DNA from: an uncultured Candidatus Actinomarina sp.
GTDB taxonomy: Bacteria > Actinomycetota > Acidimicrobiia > Actinomarinales > Actinomarinaceae
Assembly: GCA_902596545.1 (NCBI GenBank)
Contig: CACJUH010000004.1
Location: forward strand, 25,170-89,169
DNA length: 64,000 nt
Reading direction: 5' to 3'
This document shows, in pieces, positions 38,314 through 49,250 of the stretch (position 1 is the first letter of the stretch; the number at the start of each line of letters is the position of its first letter). A program made the translations under genes and the position numbers. Under the pieces are notes generated by a model. It had not been told where the DNA came from and ran no database searches. It saw only the letters and a program-made list of their open reading frames with translations.

Positions 38314-40026
38314 ATGAGTAAAGAACAACTTACAGGTGCAGAATTAGTTATTAGAGGTTTAGAGTACCTTAATGTATCAACAGTTTTTGGAGTTCCTGGT
38401 GGTGCAATCTTACCTGCATATGATCCATTATACGATAGCCCTATACGACATATTCTGGCAAGACACGAGCAAGGTGCTGGCCACATGGCTGAGGGATATG
38501 CACAATCAACTGGAGAACTTGGTGTTGTAATCGCAACTTCTGGACCTGGAGCTACAAATCTTATAACTCCTTTAGCAAATGCATTGATGGATTCCACTCC
38601 TCTGTTAGCTATTACTGGTCAAGTAGCTTCTGAAGCAATTGGTAATGATGCTTTTCAAGAGGCATACACTGTCGGGCTTTCTATGGCTGCTACAAAACAC
38701 AACTATTTAATAACTAATGCTTCTGAAATACCTCAAGTGTTAAAAGAGGCAAAGTATATTGCAACTTCAGGAAGACCTGGTCCTGTTTTAATTGATATTC
38801 CAAAGGATATTTTAAATCAAAAATCTGATTGGGTTGAACCAGGTCCACTTGATTTACCAGGATACAAACCTACATTAGAACCAAATCCAAAAATGATTCA
38901 GCAAGCAGCCAACTTAATTAAAAATTCAAATAAACCGATACTTTATGTTGGTGGCGGAATTATTCACTCCAAAGCAAACCAAGAACTTTTTGACTTAGCA
39001 ACTAAATTTAATATTCCTGTTGTTACAACATTAATGGGTAGAGGTGCGTTCCCTGATGGTCATGAGTTATGTTTAGAAATGCCTGGGATGCATGGAAATT
39101 ATACAGCTACAACCTCTATACAAAAATCAGATCTGCTTATTGCTATAGGTGTTCGATTTGATGATAGAGTAACTGCTAATCCTTCATTTTTTGCACAAAA
39201 TGCAAAAGTAATTCATGCTGATATTGATCCTGCTGAAATTGGAAAAGTAAGAGAAGCTCAAGTACCTATAGTTGGTGATGCAAAGAGTGTGATATTAGGT
39301 CTTATTGATGCTCTTGGAGATACAAAACTTAATACTGAAAATTGGATAAACGAATTAAATAGTATGAAAACTGAATTTCCACTTTCTTATAATCAAAACG
39401 AAAATGGTCCTTTGAAAGTTCCGTTTGTTCTTGAAGAGCTTCAAAATTTAACTGAAGAAGAGGCAATTGTTGTATCAGGTGTTGGACAACACCAAATGTG
39501 GATTTCACAACATTGGAATTTTACTGAACCAAATACTTGGTTAAATTCAGGGGGTCTTGGAACTATGGGGTATTCATTACCTGCAGCTATTGGTGCTAAA
39601 ACTGCATATCCTGAAAAATTGGTACTTGCTCTAGATGGAGATGGTTGTTTTCAAATGACTTGTCAGGAATTGATTACTGCCTCTACAGAAAATATACCAG
39701 TCAAAATTGTAGTATTTAACAATGGAAATCATGGAATGGTTAGACAGTGGCAAAAAATATTTTACAATAGTAAATTCTCTGCATCTGAATTAGGTCATGT
39801 AGTTCCTGATTATGTAAAGCTAGCTGAGTCAATGGGTGCTGTAGGTTTAAGAATGACTAAAAAATCAGAAGTAAAAAATGTCTTTTTAGAAATGTTAAAA
39901 ATAAATGATAAACCTGTGTTAATTGACTGTGTTGTAGATCCTGAAGATATGGTATTTCCTATGGTCCCAGCGGGTGGTAGCAACGACCAAATAATTTTAA
40001 ATGAAGAGGATTTAAAAAATTTATGA
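38314..40026 (+). CDS. ilvB: Acetolactate synthase large subunit
   Basis: FGVPGGAILP, RHEQGAGH, TSGPGATN, GVRFDDRV, GGLGTMG, DGDGCFQM, NNGNHGMVRQWQ. Confidence 0.97.
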   Translation: MSKEQLTGAELVIRGLEYLNVSTVFGVPGGAILPAYDPLYDSPIRHILARHEQGAGHMAEGYAQSTGELGVVIATSGPGATNLITPLANALMDSTPLLAITGQVASEAIGNDAFQEAYTVGLSMAATKHNYLITNASEIPQVLKEAKYIATSGRPGPVLIDIPKDILNQKSDWVEPGPLDLPGYKPTLEPNPKMIQQAANLIKNSNKPILYVGGGIIHSKANQELFDLATKFNIPVVTTLMGRGAFPDGHELCLEMPGMHGNYTATTSIQKSDLLIAIGVRFDDRVTANPSFFAQNAKVIHADIDPAEIGKVREAQVPIVGDAKSVILGLIDALGDTKLNTENWINELNSMKTEFPLSYNQNENGPLKVPFVLEELQNLTEEEAIVVSGVGQHQMWISQHWNFTEPNTWLNSGGLGTMGYSLPAAIGAKTAYPEKLVLALDGDGCFQMTCQELITASTENIPVKIVVFNNGNHGMVRQWQKIFYNSKFSASELGHVVPDYVKLAESMGAVGLRMTKKSEVKNVFLEMLKINDKPVLIDCVVDPEDMVFPMVPAGGSNDQIILNEEDLKNL

Positions 40027-40496
40027 GTGAAAGAATTTTATCAGTTTTGGTTGAAGATAAACCTGGTGTATTAGCTAGAGTTGCATCTACTATTTCAAGA
40101 CGAGGTTTTAATATAAATTCTTTGTCTGTAGGACCTACTCACATAGAAGGCAGATCAAAAATGACAATTGTTACTGAACTTGATGCAGTAGAACAAGTAA
40201 AAAAACAGCTCAATAAATTAGTTAATGTTATAAAAATTGTTGAGCTAGATCCAGACATGACAATCGAAACTGAAGTTTTATTATTAAAAGTGTCAATAAA
40301 TAAAGATAGCCAAACATCTGTAATTGAAAAAGCTAGTCTCTCAGGAGCTAATTCAGTAGATGTAGGCCAAGATTATGCAGTTTTTGAACTTACTGGTTCT
40401 TCAAAAGAATTAAATAAATTTGAGGATTTAATGAAACCGTTTGGAATAATTGAAATGGTTAGAGGTGGAAGGATTGCTATTCAAACAAATTTGTAA
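40023..40496 (+). CDS. ilvN: Acetolactate synthase regulatory subunit
   Basis: ACT domain [11 protein letters not shown]...[18 protein letters not shown]. Confidence 0.96.
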   Translation: MSERILSVLVEDKPGVLARVASTISRRGFNINSLSVGPTHIEGRSKMTIVTELDAVEQVKKQLNKLVNVIKIVELDPDMTIETEVLLLKVSINKDSQTSVIEKASLSGANSVDVGQDYAVFELTGSSKELNKFEDLMKPFGIIEMVRGGRIAIQTNL

Positions 40497-40504
40497 GGAG
40501 AGAT

Positions 40505-41521
40505 ATGGAAACAAAAATTATATACGATTCATCAATTGATCAAAATCTAATTAAAGATTTAAAAGTAAGTGTTATTGGATTTGGTAGTCAAGGTCATGCA
40601 CATGCATTAAATTTACATGATTCAGGTGTAGATGTTACTGTTGGCCTTAGAGAGGATACAGAATCATTCTCAAGAGCACAAGAAATGGGTTTAAAAGTTG
40701 AAAACTTAGCAAATGCCGCATCTGATGCAGATGTTGTAATGTTGCTTCTTCCAGATCAGATTATGGCAGATGTTTATAACTCTGAGATTGCTGACAGTAT
40801 GAAAGAAGGTGCAACTTTACTGTTTGCTCATGGATTCAACATTCATTTTAACGAGATCATTCCAAGAGAGGATTTGTCTGTTGGCATGGTTGCGCCGAAA
40901 GGTCCAGGTCATTTATTACGAAGAACTTATGAAGAAGGAAGTGGGATGCCGTGCTTAGTAGCTGTCGAAAAAGACTCAAGTGGACACACACATGAAGTTG
41001 CCCTTTCATATGCTTCAGCTATAGGTGGCGGACGTGCTGGCATTCTAAACACAACTTTTAAGGAAGAAACAGAAACTGATTTATTTGGGGAACAAGTAGT
41101 TCTTTGTGGTGGATTAACAGAATTGATTAGAAATGGTTTTGAAACACTTGTAGAAGCTGGATACCAACCTGAAAGTGCCTACTTTGAAACTCTTCATGAA
41201 GTTAAATTAATTGTTGACTTAATGTATGAAGGTGGTTTTGAGTGGATGAGGCATTCAATTTCAGATACAGCTGAATACGGTGACTTTTCACGTGGTTCAA
41301 GAATTATTACAAGTGAAACAAAAAATGAAATGAAAAAAGTGCTAGAAGAAATACAATCTGGTGCATTTGCAAAAGAGTGGATGTCACAGGCAAGAGAAGG
41401 TGCACCATTTTTAAATCAAAAGCGAGAAGAGGCTTCAGCTCATCAGATTGAATCAATTGGAAAAAATTTAAGAAATATGATGCCTTTTTTGGATGCTAAG
41501 GATATTAAAAAAGATAAATGA
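40505..41521 (+). CDS. ilvC: Ketol-acid reductoisomerase
   Basis: [36 protein letters not shown]; AAGGAG SD. Confidence 0.98.
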   Translation: METKIIYDSSIDQNLIKDLKVSVIGFGSQGHAHALNLHDSGVDVTVGLREDTESFSRAQEMGLKVENLANAASDADVVMLLLPDQIMADVYNSEIADSMKEGATLLFAHGFNIHFNEIIPREDLSVGMVAPKGPGHLLRRTYEEGSGMPCLVAVEKDSSGHTHEVALSYASAIGGGRAGILNTTFKEETETDLFGEQVVLCGGLTELIRNGFETLVEAGYQPESAYFETLHEVKLIVDLMYEGGFEWMRHSISDTAEYGDFSRGSRIITSETKNEMKKVLEEIQSGAFAKEWMSQAREGAPFLNQKREEASAHQIESIGKNLRNMMPFLDAKDIKKDK

Positions 41522-43008
41522 GTGAAGATAAACTTGTAATATTTGATACTACGCTTCGAGATGGAGAGCAAAGTCCGGGTATTGCTTTAACTCCATCAGA
41601 AAAACTTTTAATTGCACAGCAGTTAGAAAAGCTTAAAGTTGATGTAATTGAAGCAGGATTTGCTGCATCCTCCCCTGGTGATTGGGAAGGTGTTAATCTA
41701 ATTGCAAAAAATATTAAAAATTCTACAATTGCATCTCTTGCAAGATGTCATCCAGATGATATTGAGCAAGCTTGGGAAGCAATCAAAGTTGCTAAGGATT
41801 CAAGGATTCATGTCTTTACCTCTACATCAGAAATTCATATGGAACATATGCTACGAAAGACAAAGGAAGATATTCTTAAAGACACAAGAGAATCTGTAAA
41901 ATATGCAAAAAAATTATGTCAAGATGTTGAGTTTTCAGCACAAGATGCAACAAGAACAGATAAAGACTTTTTAATAGAAGTGTTAAAAATTGCTGTCGAA
42001 GAGGGGGCTACAACTATAAATGTTCCCGACACGGTAGGTTATGCAACTCCAAAGGATTATCTAGATCTTCTTCAATCAGTATATGAAGATGTTAAGGGGG
42101 GTAATGAAGATGTTATTATTTCTACTCATTGTCATAACGATCTTGGATTAGCAGTTGCTAACTCTCTTACTGCAATAACTGCAGGTGCAAGACAAATAGA
42201 AGGTGCAATTAATGGTATTGGAGAAAGAGCTGGTAATACTTCAACAGAAGAAATCATTATGGCAATAAAAACAAGACAAGATCAGTTTGGAGTAGATATT
42301 AAAGCAGAAACTACTGAAATTTTTGAAACTTCTAGGTTAGTTTCTAAATTAACGGGATACCCTGTTCAATACAATAAGGCAGTTGTTGGAAAAAATGCTT
42401 TCAGTCACGAGTCTGGAATTCATCAACATGGTTATTTAAGAAATACTACGACTTACGAAATAATGTCCCCGGACTCAGTAGGGCAAGAGGCAAAAATAAT
42501 TTTAGGTAAACATTCTGGTCGGGCTGGATTTAAAGATGCTCTAGACAATTTAAATATAAGCCTTGACGATGATTCATTTAGTAATGCATTTGATACTTTT
42601 AAGAAAATTGCAGATAGAAAGGGTGAAATAGTTGAAAATGAATTAAGAGCTATTGTTGGACAGGTTGAAAATAAAGAAAATTCAACAAAGTTAGTATCTG
42701 TATCTGTAAATAGTAAGGATGAATATGCATCTGCAAAAGTAACACTCAAGGTAGGCGGTAATGAAGTGACAGAAGAAGCAACTGGTGATGGAATGATTCA
42801 TGCAGCATTTACAGCAGTAAAGAAGATATTAGATTCTGATGCAACATTGATTGATTACCGTGTAGAAAGTATTACTAAAGGTTCAGATGCAACTGCAGAA
42901 ATCGTTACAATAATAAATGATGGTCATTTGATGAAACAGGGACGTGCAGTATCTACAGATGTAGTTCAAGGTTCAGTTGAATCATTTCTAAATGCATTAA
43001 ATAAATGA
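41518..43008 (+). CDS. leuA: 2-isopropylmalate synthase
   Basis: [33 protein letters not shown]-terminal regulatory domain. Confidence 0.95.
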   Translation: MSEDKLVIFDTTLRDGEQSPGIALTPSEKLLIAQQLEKLKVDVIEAGFAASSPGDWEGVNLIAKNIKNSTIASLARCHPDDIEQAWEAIKVAKDSRIHVFTSTSEIHMEHMLRKTKEDILKDTRESVKYAKKLCQDVEFSAQDATRTDKDFLIEVLKIAVEEGATTINVPDTVGYATPKDYLDLLQSVYEDVKGGNEDVIISTHCHNDLGLAVANSLTAITAGARQIEGAINGIGERAGNTSTEEIIMAIKTRQDQFGVDIKAETTEIFETSRLVSKLTGYPVQYNKAVVGKNAFSHESGIHQHGYLRNTTTYEIMSPDSVGQEAKIILGKHSGRAGFKDALDNLNISLDDDSFSNAFDTFKKIADRKGEIVENELRAIVGQVENKENSTKLVSVSVNSKDEYASAKVTLKVGGNEVTEEATGDGMIHAAFTAVKKILDSDATLIDYRVESITKGSDATAEIVTIINDGHLMKQGRAVSTDVVQGSVESFLNALNK

Positions 43009-44072
43009 GTAAAACTTTTAATATCTCACTTCTCCCCGGAGATGGTACTGGTCCTGAAGTAGTCAATGAAGCAGTTAAAGTACTCAGTAAAACCTCATCT
43101 TATTACGATACGCAATTCAATTTCTCTCAGAATGATCTTGGAGGAGATAGATATTTAAATACTGGAGATTTAGTTACCGATAATGATATTAAACAATTTC
43201 AAGATTCTGATGCGGTACTTCTCGGCGCAATTGGCCACCCAGATGTAAAGCCTGGAATATTAGAGCAAGGTATTCTTCTCAAACTTAGGAAAGAGTTTGA
43301 CCAATATATTAACCTCAGACCAGTTGTTTTATATCCCGGTGTAGAAACCCCACTTGCCAATAAAGAGCCTGAAGATATTGATTTTATTGTTGTCAGAGAA
43401 AATACAGAAGGATTATACGCTGGAGCTGGAGGTTATATTCATTATGGAACTGAAAATGAAATAGCAACTCAAGAATCAATCAATTCATATCATGCAATTC
43501 ATCGATGCATAAAATACGCGTTTGAATATACAAAGAATAACAATAGAAAAAAAATTACACTCTGTGCAAAAACAAATGTACTAACTTATGCACATGATTT
43601 ATGGGAAAGAATCTTTTACGATGTTGCAAAAGATTATCCTGAAATTGAAACCGATTATGGACATGTTGATGCAATTTGTATGTGGATGGTTAAAAATCCA
43701 GAATGGTTTGACGTTATTGTTACAGATAACATGTTCGGAGACATTATCACTGATTTAGGCGCAATGATTCAGGGAGGAATGGGAATCGCTGCAGGCGGGA
43801 ATATCAATCCTTCAGGAACATCAATGTTTGAACCTATAGGAGGATCTGCACCAAAGTATACAGGTAAAAATATTATTAATCCTCTTGCTTGTATAGGAGC
43901 TGGTGCAATGATGGTCAAAGAATTAGGTGAAGAAAAATATGCATCCGACATTGAAAAAGCAATCATCAATACGGCAATTAAATTAGATTCTCTTTCAGCT
44001 GGGAAAATGGGAATGTCTACTGAAGAAGTTGGTAATTCAGTAGTTGAAGAACTATCTAATTTAAATGAGTGA
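43005..44072 (+). CDS. leuB: 3-isopropylmalate dehydrogenase
   Basis: [38 protein letters not shown]; follows leuA. Confidence 0.9.
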   Translation: MSKTFNISLLPGDGTGPEVVNEAVKVLSKTSSYYDTQFNFSQNDLGGDRYLNTGDLVTDNDIKQFQDSDAVLLGAIGHPDVKPGILEQGILLKLRKEFDQYINLRPVVLYPGVETPLANKEPEDIDFIVVRENTEGLYAGAGGYIHYGTENEIATQESINSYHAIHRCIKYAFEYTKNNNRKKITLCAKTNVLTYAHDLWERIFYDVAKDYPEIETDYGHVDAICMWMVKNPEWFDVIVTDNMFGDIITDLGAMIQGGMGIAAGGNINPSGTSMFEPIGGSAPKYTGKNIINPLACIGAGAMMVKELGEEKYASDIEKAIINTAIKLDSLSAGKMGMSTEEVGNSVVEELSNLNE

Positions 44073-44673
44073 AGATTTCACTTACCTAGAAAACCTTATA
44101 TCAAATAGAAAAGTTGTAAGAAATTATAAAAAAATCGAATTTGACCCTGAAAAATTAAAAAATATTTCAAAATTTAGTGTAAAAATTCCTACTGCAGGGT
44201 TTTCGCGCGGGATAGAAATTTTGCAAGTAACTAATAAACAAAACATTAAGAATATTGCTGAACATTTTAATGAGCTGGAGTATATCAAAAAAGGAAAGCC
44301 AAAGTGGATATCAAATTCCATTTGTTTATTTTTTATCTTATTAAATGAGAATGCTTACCACCAGAGATACGAGAATCCTGACAAGATTAAAAGCGTAAGT
44401 TCAAAAGATTGGGATATTCCTTATTGGTATGTAGATGCAGGTGCAGCAATGATGAATTGTATGTTATTAATTGAAGAGCAAGAATTAAAAAGTGGTTTTA
44501 TGGGATTACACAATACAGATAGGGACGGCATTCATAAAATGTTAAATGTTCCAAATACATATAAAATTATTGGAATGATAACTGCAGGAGTAGAAGATAA
44601 TATTGGAATTGACAAAAAATCAAAAACAAAAATAAAGAAAAAACTAGTACATTATGAACAATTCAATAAATAA
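44065..44673 (+). CDS. Nitroreductase family protein
   Basis: RKVVRNY, PTAGFSRG, PYWYVDAGAA. Confidence 0.8.
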   Translation: MSEDFTYLENLISNRKVVRNYKKIEFDPEKLKNISKFSVKIPTAGFSRGIEILQVTNKQNIKNIAEHFNELEYIKKGKPKWISNSICLFFILLNENAYHQRYENPDKIKSVSSKDWDIPYWYVDAGAAMMNCMLLIEEQELKSGFMGLHNTDRDGIHKMLNVPNTYKIIGMITAGVEDNIGIDKKSKTKIKKKLVHYEQFNK

Positions 44674-45445
44674 ATATATTGAATCTTTAAATAATCCAGA
44701 ATATAAATTTTTAATATCTCTGAAAAAAAATAGAAATAGAAAATCTGAAAATAAATCTATTGCTGAAGGGTACCGGGAAAACTCAAATTTAATAGATTCA
44801 AGTTTAAATGTTGATACTTTATATATCTGTCCAGAATTGTTTGTAGGTGAAAATAATGAAAAACTTATTAGAAAATTTGAAAATAAAAATATTCGAATTG
44901 TACAAGTAGCATTAAAAGTATTTAAAGAAATATCTTATCGTGATAAACCAGACGGAATAATTTCTATATTTGATGTAAATAAAAACAAGTTACCAAAAAC
45001 AATATCTGGCCCTATTCTTATACCTGACCAAATTGAAAAACCTGGAAATTTAGGAACTATGATTAGAACCTCAAAATCATTTGGTATAAATAATATATTA
45101 TTATCTGATGAAATAACTGATGTATATAATCCTAATGTTATAAGAGCTTCAATAGGTCACTTATTCAATTCAAATATATCTAGTGGAAGTAATGATGAAA
45201 TAATTTCATTATTGGAGGCTAATGATTACCAAGTACTGTTATTAGACCCGGAGGGAGATGAGAGTCTTGAAGGTTTTATTCCTAATCAGAATTTTGCATT
45301 GGTAGTTGGTGCTGAACAATATGGTATATCTGATAATTGGTTTAACTCTAACTACACTTCCCTATTTATTAGATCAACAAATAATGTTGACTCAATAAAT
45401 GCATCTACAGCAGCAGCTATAGCAATGTGGGAGCTGACAAAATAA
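44654..45445 (+). CDS. TrmH/SpoU family RNA methyltransferase
   Basis: EG, PGNLGTMIRT, VGAEQYG, SINASTAAAI. Confidence 0.9.
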   Translation: MNNSINKYIESLNNPEYKFLISLKKNRNRKSENKSIAEGYRENSNLIDSSLNVDTLYICPELFVGENNEKLIRKFENKNIRIVQVALKVFKEISYRDKPDGIISIFDVNKNKLPKTISGPILIPDQIEKPGNLGTMIRTSKSFGINNILLSDEITDVYNPNVIRASIGHLFNSNISSGSNDEIISLLEANDYQVLLLDPEGDESLEGFIPNQNFALVVGAEQYGISDNWFNSNYTSLFIRSTNNVDSINASTAAAIAMWELTK

Positions 45446-46960
45446 TTGGAATTTATAAAAAATAAAAATATTGTTGTTTTAGACATTGAAACTACTGGAA
45501 TAAAAGCTAATACTGACAAAATTATTGAACTTTACATGCTGAAAGTTTACAACAATGAAGTTGTAGAAGAATATCATTCAAAATTTAATCCAGAAATTGA
45601 AATTCCATTATTCATTTCAAATTTAACAGGGATATATCAATGGCATGTCAATACCTCCCCCACAATTGACCAGGAAATTGAAAATATTAAAACTTTTATA
45701 GGTGATTCTGTTGTTATAGGTCATAATTTAAAATTTGATTTATCTTTTTTAAATTATGACCTAATAAATAATGGGTTTGAAAATATTGCTAACGAAAACA
45801 TAGATACTTTAAAGTTATCAAGAGCTCTGTTGAGGAATAAAGTTAGAAATCATAAACTATCTACATTAAGTCGTTACTTTAAGACAACTAATAAGAATGA
45901 CCATAACGCAAAAGCTGATGTTTTAACAACTTATGAAGTATTTAACAATCTTGCTAGTGATGAAAGAATTATAAATAAGAAAAGCATTTCACATTTAAAT
46001 TCTTTTTTAAACGAAGTTGATGATGAACTAAAAGTTCAATTTTCCTATGAAGATGTACCTAATTCAATAGGTATTTATTGTTTTTTGCAAAATAACAAAA
46101 TCCAATATGTAGGAAAATCAAACAATCTAAGAAATAGAATTGGATCACACCTAAGTTATGCGAGAAGCTATAAGTCAAATAAAATAGTAACTAATTCAAA
46201 TAATTTAAATTTTATTGAGTTGGATAGTGAATTAATAGCACTCATTGCAGAGCATAGAATAATTAATTTTTTCAAACCAACTTACAATAGAAGCGGTAAA
46301 GTACCAAAAAATATTTATTGGGTTAAGTTAAAAAGTAATAAACTTAGACTTGAAATTTCTAAAATTGAAAGTACAAAAAATACACTTTACAAATTTGGAC
46401 CATTTATAAGTTACTCGAAAGCAGTTAATTATAAAAAGTCTTTAGAAGAAATATTTCAATTAATAAAGTGTAAGAAAAATAATGCAAGAAAAGAGATATG
46501 TGATATTTCATTATTATTAAATTCTCAATGCGCTTGCATAGAAAATTTCAGTTTAGAAAATTACTTAATCCAAAAAAATGAAGAGTTTAAAAATTATTTT
46601 GAGAATCTAGATATAAATATTTCAGAAATAAAAAAATTAATTAAGAATTACTCTAAAAATTTAGAATATGAAAATGCTCAAAAATACAAATTATTATTAT
46701 CCATACTTGTGGAACACCAAGAATTTTCAGATTTATTTAATAAAATACTTCAAAATAATGAAGACCTTAGTACAAAGCTATCAAATCATGGAATTAAGAT
46801 TCAAGATAAACAAATTTTTATAGAAAATTTTAACGATTCTAATAATTTATTTGAAATCAATAATTTGAATGAGGAATACTCTTTTCCACATTTTTTAAGT
46901 GAACTTCATATAATTTTGCGTTACCTAAGAAAATCAGAAGCTAATACAATAGTACTATGA
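45446..46960 (+). CDS. DEDDh exonuclease fused to a GIY-YIG (UvrC/Cho-like) nuclease, Rv2191-like
   Basis: DIETTG, GHNLKFD, HNAKAD; GIY...YVGKSNNLRNR; Cys cluster and UVR-like helix LEYENAQKY. Confidence 0.85.
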   Translation: MEFIKNKNIVVLDIETTGIKANTDKIIELYMLKVYNNEVVEEYHSKFNPEIEIPLFISNLTGIYQWHVNTSPTIDQEIENIKTFIGDSVVIGHNLKFDLSFLNYDLINNGFENIANENIDTLKLSRALLRNKVRNHKLSTLSRYFKTTNKNDHNAKADVLTTYEVFNNLASDERIINKKSISHLNSFLNEVDDELKVQFSYEDVPNSIGIYCFLQNNKIQYVGKSNNLRNRIGSHLSYARSYKSNKIVTNSNNLNFIELDSELIALIAEHRIINFFKPTYNRSGKVPKNIYWVKLKSNKLRLEISKIESTKNTLYKFGPFISYSKAVNYKKSLEEIFQLIKCKKNNARKEICDISLLLNSQCACIENFSLENYLIQKNEEFKNYFENLDINISEIKKLIKNYSKNLEYENAQKYKLLLSILVEHQEFSDLFNKILQNNEDLSTKLSNHGIKIQDKQIFIENFNDSNNLFEINNLNEEYSFPHFLSELHIILRYLRKSEANTIVL

Positions 46961-47550
46961 GTTTATTTTTTGAATCTGACAATCTAACACTTGGTTACGG
47001 CAATCAACTTGTAATTAAAAATCTAGATATTTCTTTAAACTTTTCAAAAAATTATGAAATTACAGGAAAAAATGGTTCCGGGAAAACTACGCTAATCATG
47101 TGTATAAGTAATAATTTTATAGGAAACACTTTTAACTCTAATATTCGCAGAAAAGACACTTCATTAATGGAAATTGGCTCTTCCCCATCCCTCATGCCCG
47201 AGCTTTCCTTGCTTGAAAATATTAAATATTTTTTATTTAACGACAATATAAATGAAAACATGATATCGAATGTTCTTAATAAATATGAACTAGAAAGTTT
47301 TAAGAGTGATCTAGTTGGAGATTTTTCAAGTGGAATGGTTAAGAGAAGTGAAATTGCAATTGCAGACCTTAAAAACCCAAAAGTGCTTTGTATTGATGAG
47401 CCCAGAGTATATCTTGATGAAAACGGAGTTGACCTATTGCTAAATCTTATTACAAAAAGAGAAAAAGAAGGTAGTACTTCCATTTTGTCTAGTCAAGAAA
47501 GTATAGGTGCATTTACGTCAATTGAGAGGTCAATTAATTTAAATGATTAA
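46957..47550 (+). CDS. ccmA: Heme exporter ATP-binding protein CcmA
   Basis: Walker A GKNGSGKT, signature FSSGMVKR, IDEP; heads the ccm cluster. Confidence 0.8.
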   Translation: MSLFFESDNLTLGYGNQLVIKNLDISLNFSKNYEITGKNGSGKTTLIMCISNNFIGNTFNSNIRRKDTSLMEIGSSPSLMPELSLLENIKYFLFNDNINENMISNVLNKYELESFKSDLVGDFSSGMVKRSEIAIADLKNPKVLCIDEPRVYLDENGVDLLLNLITKREKEGSTSILSSQESIGAFTSIERSINLND

Positions 47551-48175
47551 AAAATATATTATAAAAAAAGAGCTAAATATGGAATTTAGAAATAATACAT
47601 CTTTATTTCTAATTACTCCCACAATGTGCGTTTTAATAATAGTTTTTCCCATTTTGTCAGAAAATAGATTTCGTGTTGAAAATGATATCTTTTTGATTGT
47701 TGAGCTTTTATTTTTAATTATATTTACAACACTTTTTTCAATCAGAAACCCCCTAAATGAACAGAAATTAATAAAAGAATTAAATTTTGGTTCTATAAAG
47801 AAAGTAGATTATTTTTACAGCAAGACATTCTCAGAATTAATAATTTTTTATCCACAAATAATCATTTTGTTAATTCTTTTTTCAGGTTTTACAAATACTT
47901 CTTTAAATTCATCTTTATTACATATATGTTTATCAGTTTTATTTTTTTGCTTGAACACAATTATGATAAATTTATTTTTCCAAATTTTTACTACTTTCAA
48001 TAACAGATTTGTGCAATTTACATTGATTGTTCCTATTTATATTGGTTTTGCAATTTTAATTGCACCCCTTTGGTTAGGTTTAAATCGAGAAATAAGTAAT
48101 ATTTACTTAATGATGTTTTTAGGAATAACTATGATCATTTACTCTTTCACTAATTTTTATTTAAGGAAATCATAA
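47543..48175 (+). CDS. ccmB: Heme exporter permease CcmB (very divergent)
   Basis: Six TMs, KKELNMEFR start, between ccmA and ccmC. Confidence 0.6.
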   Translation: MIKKYIIKKELNMEFRNNTSLFLITPTMCVLIIVFPILSENRFRVENDIFLIVELLFLIIFTTLFSIRNPLNEQKLIKELNFGSIKKVDYFYSKTFSELIIFYPQIIILLILFSGFTNTSLNSSLLHICLSVLFFCLNTIMINLFFQIFTTFNNRFVQFTLIVPIYIGFAILIAPLWLGLNREISNIYLMMFLGITMIIYSFTNFYLRKS

Positions 48176-48843
48176 TGATGCTATACGGACCTTTATTAGT
48201 TTGGATCGCCGTAGCGTCTTTTGGACCTTACGATGTCACCCAAGGTATTTCATCAAAATTATTATACGTTCACGTCCCTACAGTTTGGGTTGCATATTTA
48301 GGTTACTCACTTACTTTTTTTTACTCGGTTTTATATTTCTTTACTAAAAAAGAAAAATACGATTCACTTGCCGTTGCCAATGCAAAGTCTGGTGTAATTT
48401 TTACCATTGTTACTTTACTTTCAGGATCATATTGGGGAAAGCTCACCTGGGGAACATGGTGGGTATGGGGAGATGCAAGACTTAATTTAACAGCAATACT
48501 TTTACTAGTTTATTTGGGATACATAGCCTCAAGACAATTTAATAAAGATTTAGCCAAAACTGCTAAAAATTCATCAATAATTGGAATCTTTGGAATTATA
48601 CAAATTCCAATTTTGCATTTTAGTGTTATATGGTGGAGATCTGTTCACCAACAAGCAAGCATATTAAGTCAGGAAACTGTAGCTTCAGGTGATGCACCTA
48701 TGTCTAGTGATATCCTAGTAACTCTACTAATTAGTGTTTTACTAGTGACACTTGTTCATGTATTCCTTACTAAAAGATTCAGAATATCAAATGATATATC
48801 GTGGGAAGATTATTTAAATCCTCAATCAAGAGCTAAAATTTAA
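48175..48843 (+). CDS. ccmC: Heme chaperone-loading protein CcmC
   Basis: YVHVP, WWD motif WGKLTWGTWWVWGDARL, WWRSVHQ. Confidence 0.95.
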   Translation: MMLYGPLLVWIAVASFGPYDVTQGISSKLLYVHVPTVWVAYLGYSLTFFYSVLYFFTKKEKYDSLAVANAKSGVIFTIVTLLSGSYWGKLTWGTWWVWGDARLNLTAILLLVYLGYIASRQFNKDLAKTAKNSSIIGIFGIIQIPILHFSVIWWRSVHQQASILSQETVASGDAPMSSDILVTLLISVLLVTLVHVFLTKRFRISNDISWEDYLNPQSRAKI

Positions 48844-48848
48844 GTAGA

Positions 48849-49250
48849 GTGAAAAAAAATCTATTAGTTGTCCTTTTGGGCATTGGCTTGATTATTTATG
48901 CAAGTACTGTCATTGCATCTAGAAATACTATTTACTATTACACAACCTCAGAGACTTTGGGAATAGAAATATCAAATGAAGAGAGAATAAAACTTGGAGG
49001 ATTTGTTGTAGAAGATTCTATAACTAAAGATGGAGAATTTACACTTTTTACAATAACTGATGGCAATAAAGATATTGATATTGTGTTTGATGGATTTGTT
49101 CCTGAACTATTTCAGGAAAATATGGGTGTAATTCTTGATGGCATATTTGAAGATGAATTATTCCTTGCTGATGACATGTTAGTTAAGCATGATAATGAGT
49201 ATGTTTCAAGCGATGGCGAAACATATAATGTAGAAAATTACTCAGAATGA
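48849..49250 (+). CDS. ccmE: Heme chaperone CcmE
   Basis: YYY, VPELFQE, KHDNEY (HxxxY heme-binding motif). Confidence 0.93.
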   Translation: MKKNLLVVLLGIGLIIYASTVIASRNTIYYYTTSETLGIEISNEERIKLGGFVVEDSITKDGEFTLFTITDGNKDIDIVFDGFVPELFQENMGVILDGIFEDELFLADDMLVKHDNEYVSSDGETYNVENYSE

